NCBI GenBank assembly: GCA_965248955.1
Contig: OZ252212.1
Span: 642,668 to 706,667, forward strand
Direction of reading: 5' to 3'
Origin: Dehalococcoidia bacterium
GTDB lineage: Bacteria; Chloroflexota; Dehalococcoidia; Lucifugimonadales; QGNO01
Length of the DNA stretch: 64,000 nt
Position numbers and translations under genes: made by a program. Under the pieces are notes generated by a model. It saw nothing but the letters and a program-made list of their open reading frames with translations, was not told the DNA's origin and made no database searches. Below are positions 36,843 through 46,433 of this stretch, in pieces. Within the stretch, counting starts at the first letter, position 1. The number at the start of each line of letters is the position of its first letter.

Positions 36843-37004
36843 CTAATACGCGTACACTGCCACCGCCACCGCTACCGCCATCACCGCCAGCGTCACCGTG
36901 GTAAACACGGCGTTCTCCAGGGAGACCGCGCCTATATACAGCAAAGGGAAATCGGCGGCCATTACCCAGAGCACCACCTGTTTCAGCTTAGCTTTGTCCG
37001 GCAT
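36843..37004 (-). CDS. Candidate 53-aa small membrane protein downstream of the lactate permease
   Basis: Own translation gives MPDKAKLKQVVLWVMAADFPLLYIGAVSLENAVFTTVTLAVMAVAVAVAVYAY*. GAGG lies about 8 nt upstream. It is below the track cutoff. Confidence 0.3.
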   Translation of the reverse strand: MPDKAKLKQVVLWVMAADFPLLYIGAVSLENAVFTTVTLAVMAVAVAVAVYAY

Positions 37005-37012
37005 ACCTAACC

Positions 37013-38632
37013 TCAACCAAAGAACCTCAGGATAATCCAGGCCTGTATTCCCACCAGCAGCACAATGCCCAGGCAGTACGGTATCGTGCGGCGCATCACC
37101 TCGTTCTCCCTGCCTGATAGGCCAACTATGGTGGTGCCTACCAGCACCTTCGCCGGGGCGATAGCGCTGCCCAGTGAACCGCCTATCGACTGGACGCTGG
37201 CGATGGTCACAGTGCTTATTCCCAGGGCGCTGGCGCTCTCCAGTTGCAGAGCGCCGAACATGACGTTGGAGTTGGTGTTGCTCCCCGTCATGAACGTGCC
37301 CAGCACACCGATGTACGGGGCGAATATGGGAAAAGCGGCCCCTGTGCCCGCCGCTATAGCGCGGCCCAGCAGAGCCGTCATGCCCGTATCGGTCATGATG
37401 ACCGCCATCATCACCATGGCGCCTATCCCCACACTGGTGGAGATCGACTGGCTGTAGGTCAGCCTGGTCGCCGAAACAAGCGTGCCCGATCTCCAGCGCC
37501 CGGCAATCTGATAGACCAGGTACGAAACAAACAGCGAGGCCAGTATCAATGGCGCGGGATGTCTGAAGAACCGTATCCTGGCGTAGTCTTGCGCTGCTCC
37601 CACCTCGAAGCCCAGGGCCGTCTCCAGGGCGGGATAGTCCAGCGCGAAAAATAGGCTGTTCGTCGCCGACTTGATGGCGGGCACCTGCGACAGGATACTG
37701 AACAGAATGACTAGGTAGTAAGGAAGGAACGCCATGTGGAAGTTGCCCGCCACGCCGGATGCGGCCTCCGCTTCCTCGGGTCCGTTGGCATTCCCCTCGG
37801 GCACTGGTGCGCCCTCCTCCACGACTCGTGGAGACCTGCCCAGCAGCGGCGTCTTAGAGACTAGCCATCCCACCCCCGCTCCGACAAGGCCGGGGATAAT
37901 GGAAGCCAGCTGCGGCACGCCCACCAACGCCGCTATCCATACCGAAAGCGCCATCGCTCCGCCTATGACCAGGATGCCCGGCGCTCCCCTTCTCACCGCG
38001 GCTAGCCCTCCTTGAAGGTGGGCCACCGCGAAGCCGGTGACTATGATGGGCAGGGCAAAGAGAGCCGCCATCTGCGGCCCGATGACATCCCCTGAAATAC
38101 CGGTGACGAGCTGTATCGTGTAGTAGGAGGAACCCATTGAGCCGAAGGTGACCGCCCAGGCATGGCCGACCAGCACTATTGCCGCCGCCCTTACCGGCGA
38201 AAAGCCCATCAGCACCAGGAGCGGGGCCACTACTGCCACGGGTACGCCGAAACCGGCCACACCCTGCATGAAACCGGAGAACGCCCAGCCCACCACCAGC
38301 GCCTGCGCCAGCGGGTCGCCGACGAGACGCGTCATGGTGGTTCCAATTACCTTGATTCCGCCCTGCTTGTCTATGACGTTGTACAAGAGCACAGAAGACC
38401 AGATGATGGACAGAACAAAGAAGCTGAGGCTGAGTCCCTTGGCGCTGGATATAGAAAGTAGATCGGCGTCCGCGCCAAAGAAAACCAGACCCAGCGCCAC
38501 CACCGTCAGCCAGGAAGCCGCCCCCGCCCTGGGAGCGCTCCACTTGAAGGCCAGGATGGTAACCAGCAGCACAAGAAGGGGCAAGAAAGCCATGGCCCCA
38601 TTGCTGAAATCAAGAGTCGGGCCGTTTCCCAT
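37013..38632 (-). CDS. L-lactate permease (LctP family)
   Basis: 539 aa and polytopic. The N-terminus and overall pattern resemble LctP/LldP as I remember them. Confidence 0.8.
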   Translation of the reverse strand: MGNGPTLDFSNGAMAFLPLLVLLVTILAFKWSAPRAGAASWLTVVALGLVFFGADADLLSISSAKGLSLSFFVLSIIWSSVLLYNVIDKQGGIKVIGTTMTRLVGDPLAQALVVGWAFSGFMQGVAGFGVPVAVVAPLLVLMGFSPVRAAAIVLVGHAWAVTFGSMGSSYYTIQLVTGISGDVIGPQMAALFALPIIVTGFAVAHLQGGLAAVRRGAPGILVIGGAMALSVWIAALVGVPQLASIIPGLVGAGVGWLVSKTPLLGRSPRVVEEGAPVPEGNANGPEEAEAASGVAGNFHMAFLPYYLVILFSILSQVPAIKSATNSLFFALDYPALETALGFEVGAAQDYARIRFFRHPAPLILASLFVSYLVYQIAGRWRSGTLVSATRLTYSQSISTSVGIGAMVMMAVIMTDTGMTALLGRAIAAGTGAAFPIFAPYIGVLGTFMTGSNTNSNVMFGALQLESASALGISTVTIASVQSIGGSLGSAIAPAKVLVGTTIVGLSGRENEVMRRTIPYCLGIVLLVGIQAWIILRFFG

Positions 38633-38636
38633 GAGG

Positions 38637-39692
38637 CTATAGACCGGCGGCGGAGAGCACCCTCTCCGTTTGAGACGGGTCCGGGGTTGCCTCTCCCGTC
38701 TCTATCTCCTTCATCACCCGGACAACCGCTTCGTTCACCGGCGTGGCAACGTTCCTCTGACGGCCCTTCTCCACAATGTAGCCGTTCATCTGCTCTACCT
38801 CGCTCTTGCGTCCCTTGGTCACGTCCTGGGCCATGGATGAACGCCAGTCCTCGGGATCGCCCCGCGTCTGCAGGCGGGCGTCCAACTCCTCGAAAGCGTC
38901 GCCCTTGTCAGCTCTGCCCCAGACCTCCGCCTCTATGCCGTTCACCGACTCTATCTGGTAGTCCAGGGCTTGGCCCACCCGGACGCACTCCTTGGCAAGC
39001 TGGATGTAGACCAGGCGCGCACGCGGGTCCGCCGCCATACCCTGGGCTCCCAGCCCAGTCATAGCCACCACCGGGTTTGAAGCGGCGTTGAGGGTCAACT
39101 TGGACCAGCGCTCGCCCCAGATGTTAGACGTGGCGTAAGCGCCGTCCACGCTGCCCAGCAACTCGGCCAACTCCTCCACGCGGGGAGTGATTTTGCCGTG
39201 AAGCTCACCCACGCGGAACACCTTGTGACCGGCGCCTTCAGGCTCCCTGCGTCGCACCACTCTGCCCGGCTCCCAGAGGGCCACCGCAAAGCCGGAAATA
39301 ACGCAGGGCGCCTCCCGCTCATGTCCAACAATGGACGCCACCAGCAAGTCGTTCATGCAGTTCTGAGATGAAAGCATGACGCCGTCCTCAGACAGGAAAC
39401 GCTTGGCAAAGTGGGCCGCCCACTCGGTGTCGTAGGACTTCACGGCGAGAAAGACGACATCGAACGGCGCATTGAACGCTTGGGCGTCGGCCCAGTGCAC
39501 CGCCCTCACCCGCTGAACGAACTCTCCCTGAGGGCCGCTGACGTGCAGGCCATCCTCTCGAATGCGGTCGACGTGCGCCGCCCAGGGGTCGACCAGTGTA
39601 ACGTCGTGGCCCGCCCTGTCAATGAAAGCGCCGATGTAGCTGCCGACGGCGCCCGCCCCAAATATAGCAATCCGTTTATCTGTCCTGCTCAT
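38637..39692 (-). CDS. Ketopantoate reductase (PanE/ApbA) family 2-hydroxyacid/2-dehydropantoate reductase
   Basis: Rossmann motif IAIFGAGAVGSYIG and an ApbA-like C-terminal domain. 351 aa. Confidence 0.75.
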   Translation of the reverse strand: MSRTDKRIAIFGAGAVGSYIGAFIDRAGHDVTLVDPWAAHVDRIREDGLHVSGPQGEFVQRVRAVHWADAQAFNAPFDVVFLAVKSYDTEWAAHFAKRFLSEDGVMLSSQNCMNDLLVASIVGHEREAPCVISGFAVALWEPGRVVRRREPEGAGHKVFRVGELHGKITPRVEELAELLGSVDGAYATSNIWGERWSKLTLNAASNPVVAMTGLGAQGMAADPRARLVYIQLAKECVRVGQALDYQIESVNGIEAEVWGRADKGDAFEELDARLQTRGDPEDWRSSMAQDVTKGRKSEVEQMNGYIVEKGRQRNVATPVNEAVVRVMKEIETGEATPDPSQTERVLSAAGL

Positions 39693-39781
39693 GTGTCACC
39701 TGTGCATGGTTGCACAATGGAAGAGTATATCTTGGCTGCTCTTAATGAAGCAAACATCCGCAGAAGAGACCTTCCGCAACT

Positions 39782-39814
39782 TCGTCATTGCGAGGAACCG
39801 AAGCAATCCGGCGG
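39782..39814 (+). repeat. GTCAT hairpin repeat; 33-nt exact copy of 33056-33088
   Basis: The 33-mer is identical and the sequence remains similar for about 15 nt beyond it. Confidence 0.85.
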
Positions 39815-39930
39815 TGGAGCGGCGCCCTTATCAGCGGCCCGCCCGTCCCAGCTTGCTGCCCACAGTCGACAGGTCTCACCACGAACGGATCTGTTGAAAA
39901 TGTGGTAGATTCCTGTTGGAGAGCCCTAAC

Positions 39931-41235
39931 ATGCAGCAAACGGAAGAAAGAGCAGGCAAGCGGGGGTTGCGCGGTACCCATTACGGCTGGGTGATGGTAG
40001 GCAACGGCGCCGTAGTCAACGCCATAGGCTCCGTCCACGCCGCCACTTTCCCCATCTTCTTCCTGCCCCTACAGGAAGAGTTCAAGGTCGGCAGTGCGGC
40101 GTTGGCTTTCGTGCTAACCATGGCGCGCGTGCAGGGCGGCATAGAAGGGCCGCTGGTCGGCTGGTTCATAGATCGAACGGGCCCGCGCCTTCCCGCCGTG
40201 CTCGCCGCCCTCATCGGCGGAGTGGGCTTCCTCATCCTGCCCGTGGCCAGGAACTACTGGTCGTTTCTGCTCATCTACGTCTTCGTCATATCGTTCGCCT
40301 TCAACATGGGCTTTCTCCACGCTATGCATGCCGTGGCCAACCTGTGGTTTGTACGCTACAGGACACGCGTCCTCAGCATATTCTCATCCTCGTTGAGGTT
40401 CGGCAGCGCTCTACTAACCCCGGTGGTCGCCGTCATAGTAGTCACGTATGGCTGGCGCTGGGGCGCCGTGTTCGCTGGGTCCCTTGTGCTCGCACTAGCT
40501 CTGCCTCTCACATTCCTCATTCGCAAGTCCCCCGAGTCCATGGGCCTGCTGCCCGACTGGCGACGCCCCGGGTTGGAGGACGCCGAAGCCCAGAAGCAGG
40601 AAGGCGCCCGGTCCGCGTCGAGAAGAACCACGGCTCTGGAAGATTTCGATACGGGCGAGGCGATGAGGTCGACCTCTTACTGGATCATAATGTACAGCAC
40701 GGCGGTGCGCCACGCCGTGCTGGCAGGCGTACGCGTGCACTTCATACCCATATTTGTCGGCCTCGGCTTCAGCGAGCTCACCGGGGCGGGTTTCCTGGCG
40801 CTGACGGCGTTTATCGCAACGCCCCTGATTCTGTTCAACGGATGGCTGGGAGACCGCGTGTACAAACCTCGCGCGCTCATGCTGGGGCAGCTCGCCTCTG
40901 TGCTGGGGATGTTGTTCCTCATCCACTCTAACGCAGTCTGGATGCTGTATCTGTTCACCTTCTTCTTTGCCTATGGGGAGAGCACCGCGCCCGTCAACCA
41001 CTCCATAATTGGAGACTTCTACGGACGGAAGAACTTTGCCAAGCTGAACGGGATGCTGGGTACAGGCACCATGTTCGGCAGTACGCTGACGCCCGTAGCG
41101 GCGGGTTTAGTGGTGGATAACCTTGGCGCCTACAACCCCGCTCTGTGGGGGTTCCTCAGCGCGGCGGCGGTGGCGGCTTTTCTCTTGATCTTCACCAAGC
41201 GCCCTCAGAGGAGAGCAAGGCGTCAGCCGGCGTGA
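39931..41235 (+). CDS. MFS transporter
   Basis: About 12 TM helices with a charged central loop. ATG 39931 with GGAGAG Shine-Dalgarno was preferred over TTG 39916. Confidence 0.8.
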   Translation: MQQTEERAGKRGLRGTHYGWVMVGNGAVVNAIGSVHAATFPIFFLPLQEEFKVGSAALAFVLTMARVQGGIEGPLVGWFIDRTGPRLPAVLAALIGGVGFLILPVARNYWSFLLIYVFVISFAFNMGFLHAMHAVANLWFVRYRTRVLSIFSSSLRFGSALLTPVVAVIVVTYGWRWGAVFAGSLVLALALPLTFLIRKSPESMGLLPDWRRPGLEDAEAQKQEGARSASRRTTALEDFDTGEAMRSTSYWIIMYSTAVRHAVLAGVRVHFIPIFVGLGFSELTGAGFLALTAFIATPLILFNGWLGDRVYKPRALMLGQLASVLGMLFLIHSNAVWMLYLFTFFFAYGESTAPVNHSIIGDFYGRKNFAKLNGMLGTGTMFGSTLTPVAAGLVVDNLGAYNPALWGFLSAAAVAAFLLIFTKRPQRRARRQPA

Positions 41236-41321
41236 GCGACCAGCGCCCGCTCCGAATCAAGGAAGCCCAAGACACCGTTTGCGTTGGGGTACGCCCCGCA
41301 CAATGAGGCCCCGCTCATCCA

Positions 41322-41410
41322 GTCATCCTGAGGCCGAACAGGCCGAAGAATCCCCGTCTGTTTCAAGCCAACGCCGGAGATTCTTCGTCGCTGCGCTACT
41401 CTAGAATGAC
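41322..41410. repeat. Inverted pair of GTCAT hairpin-repeat modules between convergent genes
   Basis: gtcatcctgaggccgaacaggccgaagaatcc is followed by ggagattcttcgtcgctgcgctactctagaatgac in reverse orientation. The inner arms cgaagaatc / gattcttcg are complementary. Confidence 0.6.
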
Positions 41411-41439
41411 AGGCAACGGGGATGACTGAAGCGCAACGG

Positions 41440-42699
41440 CTAAGCGTTGTTGTGCAGCTGGTTGAAGACCGTCAGGTAGTCTCTGAGTAGACGGGTTATG
41501 AGGTAGTTTTCACGGACGTGCTCTTTGGCGGCATTGCCCAGCCTCTCCCCTTCGGCGGGATCGTTGAGCAGTTGGAGCGTTCTTTCGGCGAACTCATCCG
41601 TGGTCGAGGCCAGATAGCCGGTCTCGCCGTCGCGAACTTGGAGCCGTATGCCACCCGCATGGCCGGCGACGACGGGCTTGCCTTTCCAGAGGGCCTCGGT
41701 GACAACCAGGCCAAATCCTTCTCGTATGGACTTCTGGAGTACGACGCTGGAGGCAGACTGGACGGCGTTGACGGGGATATCGTTGCCCCTTCCAAAGAGA
41801 TCGGTGAGGAAGTGGATGTCGGGGTCTTCACCGGCGTGACGCAGCGTTTTTTCGTAGTAGACCCACCCTTCCGGGTCGTCGCCGGCCATGGCGGAGACCA
41901 TGACAAGCTGTAGGTCTTCCACCTGCTGCTTGACTTTTTTGTAGACGTCTATGACGCCTAGGGGGTCTTTCCAAGGGTCAAAGCGAGATATCTGAGAGAT
42001 GATAGGGCGGTCAGGGTCTATGGAGGCATCGGAGAGGACCCTCATCTGGACCTCGGTAGGAAGGAGGGTATTCTTGGGGGTGAGGGGGTCTATGCCTGGT
42101 GGGATGATGACGACGTTGTGGCCGCCCAGCCCTTCCTTCACGTAGGTGGGCATAGTGAAGACCAGGCCGTGGTACATATCCAGGGAGAGCCTGAAAACGT
42201 CCCATACCTCTTGACTGGCGTCGGTGAGGTCTATGTGGCAGCGCCATAGCCAGTGGCCGTTGGTAGAGGAGTTGCGCCTCTTCACAAAGCTGAGGAGCGC
42301 AGCGGGCTGTGGGTCGTGGACCACAACAAAATCGTAGTCGTGCATGTCTAGGTCCTGGGCGTTGGCCTTGTTGTAGCGGCGCCAGACTTCCCACATCTCC
42401 TTGGTCCATGCCGTATTGTTGCCCTGGAGGCTGTTGTGCATGGCCTTGGTCACGTCGAAGAACTCAGGGGCTCCCCTCATCACGGCCCAGTCCGCCTGGA
42501 GGCCGACGCTGTTGGTCAAGGGGACCAAGGTCTTGAGGAGCTCTGCGACGCCTCCGCCGGATTCGGTGGCGTTGATGTGGAGGACTCGTTTGCCCGCCAG
42601 GGGTTGTGCCAGAGAGACAATCTCTTCATAGGCTTCCCGGCCTATCAAGTCAACGTATTCTTCTAGTCCTTTCCGTTCCGGAAAGACAATGTTTAGCAT
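41440..42699 (-). CDS. treT: Trehalose glycosyltransferring synthase (TreT-type, GT4)
   Basis: It aligns along its length, from memory, with archaeal TreT. Shared segments include GGGVAE..L..LVPL, VHDPQPAAL, WRCHIDL, SRFDPWK, DDPEGW, SIREGFGL.VTEA.WKGKPV, GGI..Q..DGETG. Confidence 0.8.
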   Translation of the reverse strand: MLNIVFPERKGLEEYVDLIGREAYEEIVSLAQPLAGKRVLHINATESGGGVAELLKTLVPLTNSVGLQADWAVMRGAPEFFDVTKAMHNSLQGNNTAWTKEMWEVWRRYNKANAQDLDMHDYDFVVVHDPQPAALLSFVKRRNSSTNGHWLWRCHIDLTDASQEVWDVFRLSLDMYHGLVFTMPTYVKEGLGGHNVVIIPPGIDPLTPKNTLLPTEVQMRVLSDASIDPDRPIISQISRFDPWKDPLGVIDVYKKVKQQVEDLQLVMVSAMAGDDPEGWVYYEKTLRHAGEDPDIHFLTDLFGRGNDIPVNAVQSASSVVLQKSIREGFGLVVTEALWKGKPVVAGHAGGIRLQVRDGETGYLASTTDEFAERTLQLLNDPAEGERLGNAAKEHVRENYLITRLLRDYLTVFNQLHNNA

Positions 42700-42952
42700 G
42701 TTTCCTGCTGTAGCAGCACAACTAGAAAAAGATAAGAATAAGAACAGAACCGCGTAACATAATAGCGTTACGGCATTCGGAATGTCTAGGCGGGGAGATG
42801 TTTTTCTTCTGGCTCAAGGGCCAGTGGTGTTGGAACTGGCTTTGACGCAGTGAGACCACTAATGTAAAATCAAGCCGATGGCAGGTGCGCCGCCTGGAGT
42901 CCTTCATTGGATCTATCACAGGCATCCATGACGCATCTGGAGGGATGGAAGA

Positions 42953-44440
42953 ATGTGGACTCCGCAAGCCCTGCGCGACCTGGTCCGTGAAAAGCTTGAA
43001 GGTGCTCCGCTTATTGTCGTCTCCAACCGTGAGCCCTACGTCCATACCCGCAGCAACGGCGCCATAGAGTGGGACCAGCCAGTCGGCGGCGTCACTTCAG
43101 GGCTGGACCCTATTTTGCAAGCCTGCGGAGGCACTTGGATTGCTCAAGGTAGCGGTGACGCCGACTTTGACGTGGTAGACTCTTTCAACAAGGTGGCGGT
43201 ACCGCCGGACGATCCCAAGTACACGCTGAAAAGGGTGTCGCTTTCCCAAGAAGACCAGCAGGGTTTCTACGACGGCTTCTCCAACAGCGGTCTATGGCCG
43301 CTGTGCCACGTAGCCTACACCAAACCCACGTTCCAAGAGGCGCACTGGGAGGCATACAAACGGGTCAACCGTCTCTTTGCCGACCGCGTCCTGGAGGAGA
43401 TACACGACGAGCCGGCAATCGTATTCATCCAGGACTACCATTTCGCGCTGCTGCCCAGCTACTTGAAGGAGCGGAACCCGTCGGTAGTAGTGGCCCAGTT
43501 CTGGCACATACCATGGCCTGATCCCGAGGTATTTGGATTGTGCCCCTGGCAGGAGGAGATCATAAACGGCCTGCTGGGCAACGATCTGATAGGCTTCCAC
43601 ACCACGTACTACGGGACCAACTTCATCAATGCAGTGGAGCGCGTTGTGGAGTCCCGGATCGATCTGGACTACAGGCATGTGTTCCGCCGGGGGCACAGGA
43701 CGTCTATCCGTACTTTCCCCATGGGCGTGGACTTCGAGTCGATCAACGCAGAGGCCCAGAGCGACGAGGTGAACCAGGAGATAGGCCGGCTCAGACGTGA
43801 GATGAACTTTGGCGACCGGCTCATTGGCGTTGGCCTTGACCGCATCGATTACACCAAGGGAGTGGTGGAGCGAATAAACGCCATCGACAGGCTTCTTGAG
43901 CTGTTCCCAGAGTACCGCACCAGGTTAGTGTTCCTCCAGATTGGAGAGACCAGCCGTATGGGCATCGACTCATACCGTGACGTCAACGATGAGATAGACA
44001 GCCTGATCTACAAGGTCAATGGCAAGTACGGCCACGGCGATTGGAAGCCTATCATTCGCATCTCGGAGAACCCCGACCCTATCATGCGCATGGCGACGCG
44101 CGTCATAGCGGATTTCTACGTGGTCAGCTCGCTCCACGACGGCATGAACCTGGTTGCCAAGGAGTACGTGGCCAGCCGCTACGACGAAGACGGCACCCTT
44201 ATCCTCAGCCAGTTCACCGGCGCCGCGGACGAGCTGAAGGACGCCTTCCTGGTCAACCCGTTTGCCACCGACCGCTTTGCAAGGACCATAGACGCCGCGT
44301 TGAAGACGCCGTACACGGAGAGGCAGCGCCGCATGAAGAGGATGCGCTCCGTGGTGCAGGAGAACAACATCTACAAGTGGGCGGCGGACCTGATCACGGA
44401 AATGGCTGAGTTTGAAAGCCAGCCAATACGGGTGGGCTAG
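42953..44440 (+). CDS. otsA: Alpha,alpha-trehalose-phosphate synthase (GT20, OtsA-like)
   Basis: LIVVSNREPY, QDYHFALLP, VGLDRIDYTKG and the LHDGMNLVAKEY motif. 495 aa with no phosphatase domain. Confidence 0.85.
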   Translation: MWTPQALRDLVREKLEGAPLIVVSNREPYVHTRSNGAIEWDQPVGGVTSGLDPILQACGGTWIAQGSGDADFDVVDSFNKVAVPPDDPKYTLKRVSLSQEDQQGFYDGFSNSGLWPLCHVAYTKPTFQEAHWEAYKRVNRLFADRVLEEIHDEPAIVFIQDYHFALLPSYLKERNPSVVVAQFWHIPWPDPEVFGLCPWQEEIINGLLGNDLIGFHTTYYGTNFINAVERVVESRIDLDYRHVFRRGHRTSIRTFPMGVDFESINAEAQSDEVNQEIGRLRREMNFGDRLIGVGLDRIDYTKGVVERINAIDRLLELFPEYRTRLVFLQIGETSRMGIDSYRDVNDEIDSLIYKVNGKYGHGDWKPIIRISENPDPIMRMATRVIADFYVVSSLHDGMNLVAKEYVASRYDEDGTLILSQFTGAADELKDAFLVNPFATDRFARTIDAALKTPYTERQRRMKRMRSVVQENNIYKWAADLITEMAEFESQPIRVG

Positions 44441-44476
44441 TGGTTTTGCAGGCTCACCATGAGCGGCAAGGAGGCA

Positions 44477-45322
44477 CTAGGAACGGGGACTTGCGGAGAC
44501 CGGTGAGTAGCCCGGGGGCGTTTCCCGTACTCCGCCTTCCTGGACCAGCTTTGCTAGGTGTGTACGCACGTTGCGCGCCGCCGCTTCCCTGAGCCCGCGG
44601 CGCAGGTTCTTGGGGTAGACGGCTCTCACAATATCGTAAACGTCTGTATGGCCGTCCCGAAGCGCTGCCAGTATCTGCCGTTCCCTCTGCAGGCGGTGTT
44701 CTATGTACTGCCGTACGTAGGCTGCGCCGTCCTCCACCAGTCTGCCGTGAGCGGGGAACACCTTGTCCGGTTTGAAGCCGGCGAGCAGCTGCAACGATTT
44801 CATGTAGGAGCTAAGGTCCCGCACCGACGACGATGAACCGCCAAGCACGGTGTCTCCGGTGAACATCACCCTATCGGCGGGGAGGTAGTAGCAGACGTGG
44901 TCTACCTCGTGCCCCGGGGTGAACAGAGCCCGCAATACCGCACCGCCAGTGCGGACGAGCTCTCTGGAGCGCAGCTTCTCCACCGCGCCTGGCCCCAGCA
45001 CACGCTCCAGCCTTGGAACAAGCCGGGGATGGCATCTCACCGGACAGTCCATGATCTCCTGCAGACGGTCTGCGCCGCCTATGTGGTCGCCGTGACCGTG
45101 CGTGATGAAGATGGCGCTTATCCTGGGGCTGCCCAGGCCCCGGTAGTACTCCAGGATACGCTGCGTCCAGTCACGGTAATGCTCGCCGGTATCAATGAGC
45201 GCCATCCGTTCCTTGGGGTCTCCGACAAAGTAGATGTTGGTGCCGCCGGCGTGCATGACGCCGAACCCCTCCACGGCTTCTTCTATGAACAGCCTGTAAA
45301 CGTGCGGAGATATCTGTGTCAT
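44477..45322 (-). CDS. MBL-fold metallo-hydrolase with C-terminal winged-helix-like region
   Basis: ITHGHGDHIGG motif. 281 aa. Confidence 0.8.
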   Translation of the reverse strand: MTQISPHVYRLFIEEAVEGFGVMHAGGTNIYFVGDPKERMALIDTGEHYRDWTQRILEYYRGLGSPRISAIFITHGHGDHIGGADRLQEIMDCPVRCHPRLVPRLERVLGPGAVEKLRSRELVRTGGAVLRALFTPGHEVDHVCYYLPADRVMFTGDTVLGGSSSSVRDLSSYMKSLQLLAGFKPDKVFPAHGRLVEDGAAYVRQYIEHRLQRERQILAALRDGHTDVYDIVRAVYPKNLRRGLREAAARNVRTHLAKLVQEGGVRETPPGYSPVSASPRS

Positions 45323-45601
45323 GGCTCTTCAATGTCCTTCCAACTCCACCATTTGAGCAACTCAGGGTCGTGCTCTTTGTTGGAGGCATAGTACACAGCG
45401 CAGCGCAGAACGTACAGCATGACGCGGTCTACGGCTATGTTGGGCTGGCCCTGCACCTTCAGGTAGAGTTCTTCCGGGTCACGGTCCTTGAGGTCTGAGA
45501 GCGACTTTATTCCTAATGTTCCACAGTGCCTCGGCTGACTTCTTCCCAATGTGGGGAACCGTGGCCAACTCCTTGAGCCCTTGCTGCTTATGGTCTTCCA
45601 T
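45319..45601 (-). pseudogene. Helix-hairpin-helix (Cdd1/pathogenicity-locus-like) small protein, +1 frameshifted
   Basis: Own translation from ATG 45601 gives MEDHKQQGLKELATVPHIGKKSAEALWNI, then RNKVALRPQGP*. Shifting one base continues GIKSLSDLKDRDPEELYLKV...WWSWKDIEEP*. One extra base near 45514 splits a clean HhH motif. Confidence 0.65.
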
Positions 45602-45624
45602 GTCTGATTGGCCTACCTAAACTC

Positions 45625-46290
45625 CTAGTACGTGCGGTTCACCGCCCACCAGTCGTGGAACCGGGAAGTGGGCAGCTCTCCCTCATCGAAGAGGCGGCGT
45701 ACTTTGTCGTATTCCTGTTTAACGGTGGAGACCAGCTCTTCAGTGGTGCCGTCGTTGTGGATGACCAGATCGGACGCCGGCTCGCGCTGCGTCCATGGCG
45801 CCTGGCTTGCCAGGCGCTGGTCGGCCTGTTCGCGGGTCAGTTTGTTGCGCTCCATCAACCTATGCCTCGCCGTGTCCTCGCCTGCGGCTATGAGCCAGGT
45901 AACGTCACACCACTGGCCGTGGCCTCGTTCCACGTAGTTGACAGCTTCCAGCACAGCCGTCTCGCCGTCGCTCATAGTGGCGCGCCACAGTTCGACCTGC
46001 TTGCGCACCTCAGACGTCATGTCGCCTATAGCATCGGTCAGTTTCTTCATCTCGTCCGGCTTGCCGAAAACCTTGGAGCCGAGCACTCTGCGGTCTACGT
46101 AGCCATCGTCACCGACGACGTCTTCGCCAAAGACGGTCACTATCCTATGGAAGGCGGGTTTGCCCGGGTCGTACATCCGGTGCACCAGCCTGTCCACGTC
46201 GCAGTGGACGGCGCCCAGATCGACCAGCGTCTGGCAGACCAGACCCTTCCCAACAGCTATCGACCCCGTTACTCCTATGACCAGCGGCAT
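45625..46290 (-). CDS. coaE: Dephospho-CoA kinase
   Basis: P-loop IGVTGSIAVGKG. 221 aa. Confidence 0.85.
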   Translation of the reverse strand: MPLVIGVTGSIAVGKGLVCQTLVDLGAVHCDVDRLVHRMYDPGKPAFHRIVTVFGEDVVGDDGYVDRRVLGSKVFGKPDEMKKLTDAIGDMTSEVRKQVELWRATMSDGETAVLEAVNYVERGHGQWCDVTWLIAAGEDTARHRLMERNKLTREQADQRLASQAPWTQREPASDLVIHNDGTTEELVSTVKQEYDKVRRLFDEGELPTSRFHDWWAVNRTY

Positions 46291-46433
46291 GTTTGGCTCC
46301 TTGGTGTTTCCTGGTGAATAGTAATGAGTCGGGCGAGAAGTTGCAATTCGCCGCTGGCTTTGGCACAGTAGACGGAGTCTTGTGTGAGAGGCAAGCTGGC
46401 TGAACCATGGTCCAATCCATAAGGAGGCTTTCC

